This document shows, piece by piece, positions 55,673 through 64,000 of a DNA stretch of 64,000 bases. The DNA comes from the human T2T-CHM13v2.0 reference genome, Homo sapiens, in NCBI RefSeq assembly GCF_009914755.1, contig NC_060948.1. One strand, 5' to 3'. The notes below the pieces were generated by a model. It saw only the letters and a list, made by a program, of their open reading frames with translations. It had not been told where the DNA came from and did no database searches. Both the position numbers and the translations under genes were made by a program. How positions within the stretch are numbered: the stretch's first letter is position 1; each line of letters opens with the position of its first letter.

Positions 55673-57226
55673 TATACATTATGTATATAATAATATACAG
55701 TATCATATATATAATATATATAACCTATGTATAATATTGTTTTACATCCTGCATCTTATGTTATATATATTGTATAAAATATAATAATTGATAATATATA
55801 AGTTTTATAATTATACAATATGACATATAGTATATATTATAATTTATGACATATATAATATATGTTATATATCATATATAGAGTATATTATACGGTTAAA
55901 ATACGTATTAAATATAAATTATACATTATATATATTATATATAATATATCTGTTATATATAATACCCATTATGCATAATATATATATTATGTCTATGTTA
56001 TATATAGTATAAAACAACATATAATAATATATAATTGTATATATAAAATGCGACATATAATATATATTATATTTTATAACATATGTAATATATATTATAT
56101 ATTATATATAATACGTTGTATGTATAATACCTATATTAAATATATATTATATGACTATGTTATTAATTACATGTCACATGTGTTATATATTATATATTTT
56201 ACATAGAATATACCGGTTACATACAATATATACTATGTTACCTATAATGTATAATTTATTACATGTAAAATAAGGAATGCAATATATTATGTATAATTTA
56301 TAATATACCATATGTGGAATGTGATATATATAACATATAATATATGATATATGATGTACAGTATATGATATATAACATACAATATATGATTCCTAATATA
56401 TATGGTATACAATATATATTTTATGATATGTATTCTATATGTTTTATATTCTGTTATATATAACTATTTGAAATTATATATAACTGTATAATATTTTATG
56501 TAAATATGTAATATAATATATATAACTACATAATATATTATAAATAACTATATATTATGTTATATATGCTTTTATAACATAATTTACATAAAATATCATA
56601 ATATAACATATATTATATTATTTCATATTACATAATATATATTACATATCACCCAATATAACTAACATACATAATATTATAATATACATTATATTATGCT
56701 ATATTAAATATCATATATATCATGTATCATATATTCTATAATATATATTACACATTATATAATATGTATGTTGTCTATTATGTGATATATATAACTATAT
56801 ATATAATTATATTTTTATACATATAACTAGATAAACATGTAATTCTACATATTTTCATTTATAATATGTAGAATTATATAATCATATATAATTATTTATA
56901 TTCTATAAAAAATTTTATCATTATATAAATTATAATATATAAAAATTATAATATGTACTACAAATATATATATTATATATCATATATGATATAGTACCTT
57001 TGTTATATATCATAATACATATAAATGTGTATTATGTTATCTATAATTATATAATTTCATATATAAGATGTATAATATGTATCATATATTATATATGTTA
57101 TGTAATATATACAGTATATATAAGATGACACAGGATAAATATTATATACTATGACATATAAAATATATGAGGTTATATGTTACATATAAGGCATAGCACA
57201 TAACATGTAATATATATCATATATAA

Positions 57227-57518
57227 TTTTTTTTTAGACAGAATCTTGTCCTGTTGCACAGGGTGGGGTACAATGGGGCCATCTTTGCTCACTGCAACTT
57301 CTGCCTCACGGGTCCAAGCGATTGTCCTCCCTCAGCCTCCCAGGTAGCTGGGACTACACCACACTGGGACTACACCAGCTGCCACCATGCCTAGCTAATT
57401 TTTTGGATTTTTAGTAGTGACAGCGTTTCACTGTATTGTCCAGGATGGTCTTGATCTCTTCACCTTGTGATCCCCTTGCCTTGGCCTCCAAATTTGCTGG
57501 GATTACAGGCCTGAGCCA
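57227..57518 (-). mobile_element. Decayed Alu (U25)
   Basis: Near-identical copy. Confidence 0.95.
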
Positions 57519-58092
57519 AGATCCATATTTTTTAAATGAAAAAAAATTTCAAAGGTACTCTGCTTGGTACAATAATCAAATGTATAAACTGAGGAATAAA
57601 ACATAACCATGAAACCTACTTATAACTGCATATGGAAAATACAGAGGATAATTTTTTAAATAACATATTTTGAAAGCCTTAACTAGTAATTTGAAGAGTT
57701 GGCATTTGAAAGGCCAGTATGAATATACCTTCAAAGCAGCAACACAGGTTCCCCATGAGAAAAAGCAAACACAGGGAAAATAAAAACACAAAGGTTCAAT
57801 CTCTTCTGACCTTTGAAAGACACAGCACAGACAGTGGTCCTTAGGACGAAGAGCAGGAGACCCCTAATTCCGTCACCATGGCGATAGGGCATAAACATTG
57901 CTGGGTGAGGGCACAATCCACATTGTGAGGTCCAACTGCTGCCAGGAAGACAGGAGTGCTTTTACATAGACCGAAAGGTCATTGAAGGCTCAGAGTTTTG
58001 TTTCAAGAACTGAATCCCAAGCCCACACGTTATTAAGCTGCGCTTCTTAAAACAAGTTATGAGATGGGAAAAAGGGCACCCACAAACATACG
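57519..58092. repeat. HSATI-type segment (U25)
   Basis: Copy of 467-1040. Confidence 0.8.
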
Positions 58093-59623
58093 TATACATT
58101 ATGTATATAATAATATACAGTATCATATATATACTATATATAACCTATGTATAATATTGTTTTACATCCTGCATCTTATGTTATATATATTGTATAAAAT
58201 ATAATAATTGATAATATATAAGTTTTATAATTATACAATATGACATATAGTATATATTATAATTTATGACATATATAATATATGTTATATATCATATATA
58301 GAGTATATTATACGGTTAATATACGTATTAAATATAAATTATACATTATATATATTATATATAATATATCTGTTATATATAATACCCATTATGCATAATA
58401 TATATATTATGTCTATGTTATATATAGTATAAAACAACATATAATAATATATAATTGTATATATAAAATGCGACATATAATATATATTATATTTAATAAC
58501 ATATGTAATATATATTATATATTATATATAATACGTTGTATGTATAATACCTATATTAAATATATATTATATGACTATGTTATTAATTACATGTCACATG
58601 TGTTATATATTATATATTTTACATAGAATATACCGGTTACATACAATATATACTATGTTACCTATAATGTATAATTTATTACATGTAAAATAAAGAATGC
58701 AATATATTATGTATAATTTATAATATACAATATGTGGAATGTGATATATATAACATATAATATATGATATATGATATACAGTATATGATATATAACATAC
58801 AATATATGATTCCTAATATATGTGGTATACAATATATATTTTATGATATGTATTCTATATGTTTTATATTCTGTCATATATAACTATTTGAAATTATATA
58901 TAACTGTATAATATTTTATGTAAATATGTAATATAATATATATAACTATATAATATATTATATATAACTATATATTATGTTATATATACTTTTATAACAT
59001 TATTTACATAAAATATCATAATATAATATATATTATATTATTTCATATTACATATTATATATTACATATCACCCAATATAACTAACATACATAATATTAT
59101 AATATAGATTATATTATGTTATATTAAATATCATATATATCATGTATCATATATTCTATAATATATATTACACATTATATAATATGTATGTTGTCTATTA
59201 TGTGATATATATAACTATATATATAATTATATTTTTATACATATAACTAGATAAACATGTAATTCTACATATTTTCATTTATAATATGTAGAATTATATA
59301 ATCATATATAATTATTTATATTCTATAAAAAATTTTATCATTATATAAATTATAATATATAAAAATTATAATATGTACTACAAATATATATATTATATAT
59401 CATATATGATATAGTACCTTTGTTATATATCATAATACATATAAATGTGTATTATGTTATCTATAATTATATAATTTCATATATAAGATGTATAATATGT
59501 ATCATATATTATATATGTTATGTAATATATATAGTATATATAAGATGACACAGGATAAATATTATATACTATGACATATAAAATATATGAGGTAATATGT
59601 TACATATAAGGCATAGCACATAA

Positions 59624-59938
<315 letters not shown>

Positions 59939-60512
59939 AGATCCATATTTTTTAAATGAAAAAAAATTTCAAAGGTACTCTGCTTGGTACAATAATCAAA
60001 TGTATAAACTGAGGAATAAAACATAACCATGAAACCTACTTATAACTGCATATGGAAAATACAGAGGATAATTTTTTAAATAACATATTTTGAAAGCCTT
60101 AACTAGTAATTTGAAGAGTTGGCATTTGAAAGGCCAGTATGAATATACCTTCAAAGCAGCAACACAGGTTCCCCATGAGAAAAAGCAAACACAGGGAAAA
60201 TAAAAACACAAAGGTTCAATCTCTTCTGACCTTTGAAAGACACAGCACAGACAGTGGTCCTTAGGACGAAGAGCAGGAGACCCCTAATTCCGTCACCATG
60301 GCGATAGGGCATAAACATTGCTGGGTGAGGGCACAATCCACATTGTGAGGTCCAACTGCTGCCAGGAAGACAGGAGTGCTTTTACATAGACCGAAAGGTC
60401 ATTGAAGGCTCAGAGTTTTGTTTCAAGAACTGAATCCCAAGCCCACACGTTATTAGGCTGCGCTTCTTAAAACAAGTTATGAGATGGGAAAAAGGGCACC
60501 CACAAACATACG
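59939..60512. repeat. HSATI-type segment (U26)
   Basis: Copy of 467-1040. Confidence 0.8.
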
Positions 60513-62036
60513 TATACATTATGTATATAATAATATACAGTATCATATATATAATATATATAACCTATGTATAATATTGTTTTACATCCTGCATCTTATG
60601 TTATATATATTGTATAAAATATAATAATTGATAATATATAAGTTTTATAATTATACAATATGACATATAGTATATATTATAATTTATGACATATATAATA
60701 TATGTTATATATCATATATAGAGTATATTATACGGTTAAAATACGTATTAAATATAAATTATACATTATATATATTATATATAATATATCTGTTATATAT
60801 AATACCCATTATGCATAATATATATATTATGTCTATGTTATATATAGTATAAAACAACATATAATAATATATAATTGTATATATAAAATGCGACATATAA
60901 TATATATTATATTTTATAACATATGTAATATGTATTATATATAATACGTTGTATGTATAATACCTATATTAAATATATATTATATGACTATGTTATTAAT
61001 TACATGTCACATGTGTTATATATTATATATTTTACATAGAATATACCGGTTACATACAATATATACTATGTTACCTATAATGTATAATTTATTACATGTA
61101 AAATAAAGAATGCAATATATTATGTAAAATTTATAATATACAATATGTGGAATGTGATATATATAACATATAATATATGATATATGATATACAGTATATG
61201 CTATATAACATACAATATATGATTCCTAATATATATGGTATACAATATATATTTTATGATATGTATTCTATATGTTTTATATTCTGTTATATTTAACTAT
61301 TTGAAATTATATATAACTGTATAATATTTTATGTAAATATGTAATATAATATATATAACTATATAATATATTATATATAACTATATATTATGTTATATAT
61401 ACTTTTATAACATAATTTACATAAAATATCATAATATAATATATATTATATTATTTCATATTACATAATATATATTACATATCACCCAATATAACTAACA
61501 TACATAATATTATAATATAGATTATATTATGTTATATTAAATATCATATATATCATGTATCATATATTCTATAATATATATTACACATTATATAATATGT
61601 ATGTTGTCTATTATGTGATATATATAACTATATATATAATTATATTTTTATACATATAACTAGATAAACATGTAATTCTACATGTTTTCATTTATAATAT
61701 GTAGAATTATATAATCATATATAATTATTTATATTCTATAAAAAATTTTATCATTATATAAATTATAATATATAAAAATTATAATATGTACTGCAAATAT
61801 GTATATTATATATCATATATGATATAGTACCTTTGTTATATATCATAATACATATAAATGTGTATTATGTTATCTATAATTATATAATTTCATATATAAG
61901 ATGTATAATATGTATCATATATTATATATGTTATGTAATATATATAGTATATATCAGATGACACAGGATAAATATTATATACTATGACATATAAAATATA
62001 TGAGGTTATATGTTACATATAAGGCATAGCACATAA

Positions 62037-62351
<315 letters not shown>

Positions 62352-62925
62352 AGATCCATATTTTTTAAATGAAAAAAAATTTCAAAGGTACTCTGCTTGG
62401 TACAATAATCAAATGTATAAACTGAGGAATAAAACATAACCATGAAACCTACTTATAACTGCATATGGAAAATACAGAGGATAATTTTTTAAATAACATA
62501 TTTTGAAAGCCTTAACTAGTAATTTAAAGAGTTGGCATTTGAAAGGCCAGTATGAATATACCTTCAAAGCAGCAACACAGGTTCCCCATGAGAAAAAGCA
62601 AACACAGGGAAAATAAAAACACAAAGGTTCAATCTCTTCTGACCTTTGAAAGACACAGCACAGACAGTGGTCCTTAGGACGAAGAGCAGGAGACCCCTAA
62701 TTCCGTCACCATGGCGATAGGGCATAAACATTGCTGGGTGAGGGCACAATCCACATTGTGAGGTCCAACTGCTGCCAGGAAGACAGGAGTGCTTTTACAT
62801 AGACCGAAAGGTCATTGAAGGCTCAGAGTTTTGTTTCAAGAACTGAATCCCAAGCCCACACGTTATTAGGCTGCGCTTCTTAAAACAAGTTATGAGATGG
62901 GAAAAAGGGCACCCACAAACATACG
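62352..62925. repeat. HSATI-type segment (U27)
   Basis: Copy of 467-1040. Confidence 0.8.
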
Positions 62926-64000
62926 TATACATTATGTATATAATAATATACAGTATCATATATATAATATATATAACCTATGTATAATATTGTTTTACAT
63001 CCTGCATCTTATGTTATATATATTGTATAAAATATAATAATTGATAATATATAAGTTTTATAATTATACAATATGACATATAGTATATATTATAATTTAT
63101 GACATATATAATATATGTTATATATCATATATAGAATATATTATACCGTTAATATACGTATTAAATATAAATTATACATTATATATATTACATATAATAT
63201 ATCTGTTATATATAATACCCATTATGCATAATATATATATTATGTCTATGTTATATATAGTATAAAACAACATATAATAATATATAATTGTATATATAAA
63301 ATGCGACATATAATATATATTATATTTTATAACATATGTAATATATATTATATATTATATATAATACGTTGTATGTATAATACCTATATTAAATATATAT
63401 TATATGACTATGTTATTAATTACATGTCACATGTGTTATATATTATATATTTTACATAGAATATACCGGTTACATACAATATATACTATGTTACCTATAA
63501 TGTATAATTTATTACATGTAAAATAAAGAATGCAATATATTATGTATAATTTATAATATACCATATGTGGAATGTGATATATATAACATATAATATATGA
63601 TATATGATGTACAGTATATGATATATAACATACAATATATGATTCCTAATATATATGGTATACAATATATATTTTATGATATGTATTCTATATGTTTTAT
63701 ATTCTGTTATATATAACTATTTGAAATTATATATAACTGTATAATATTTTATGTAAATATGTAATATAATATATATAACTATATAATATATTATATATAA
63801 CTATATATTATGTTATATATACTTTTATAACATAATTTACATAAAATATCATAATATAATATATATTATATTATTTCATATTACATAATATATATTAGAT
63901 ATCACCCAATATAACTAACATACATAATATTATAATATACATTATATTATGTTATATTAAATATCATATATATCATGTATCATATATTCTATAATATATA
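62926..64000. repeat. AT-rich module of U27 (cut by window end)
   Basis: Same AT-rich module, running off the window edge. Confidence 0.9.

Noticed and set aside
57270-57445. U25 Alu gains one GGCC site (tgggGCC) and loses another (tattgTcc)
   Set aside because: These are two ordinary private SNVs that matter only for restriction patterns.

Overview
The whole 64 kb window is one head-to-tail tandem array of a ~2,420-bp composite satellite that matches the architecture of human DYZ2 / HSat1B, best known from Yq12 heterochromatin. Each unit has three parts: a decayed, 5'-clipped Alu on the minus strand (~290 bp), a ~575-bp moderately GC-rich HSATI-type segment, and a ~1.55-kb AT-rich low-complexity module. 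There are 27 Alu+HSATI copies (U1-U27; unit n = Alu n + HSATI n + the following AT module), all in one orientation. Spacing is 2413-2422 bp except for one 1,411-bp unit (U12). I see no credible gene, RNA gene or CRISPR array; every ORF in the track is a by-product of the repeat, and I found no new coding system. What is informative is the mutational record. (i) The 1,018-bp deletion in U12 carries a 9-nt templated inverted insertion that forms a perfect 15-bp hairpin, a snap-back/SD-MMEJ-like scar. (ii) Two sequence haplotypes meet in the array, and their junction was itself tandemly duplicated, with a crossover mappable to a 14-bp interval. (iii) There are local dimer and trimer higher-order repeats. 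(iv) The AT module is built from perfect palindromes and inverted repeats. All variant comparisons were made by eye, not by computed alignment.
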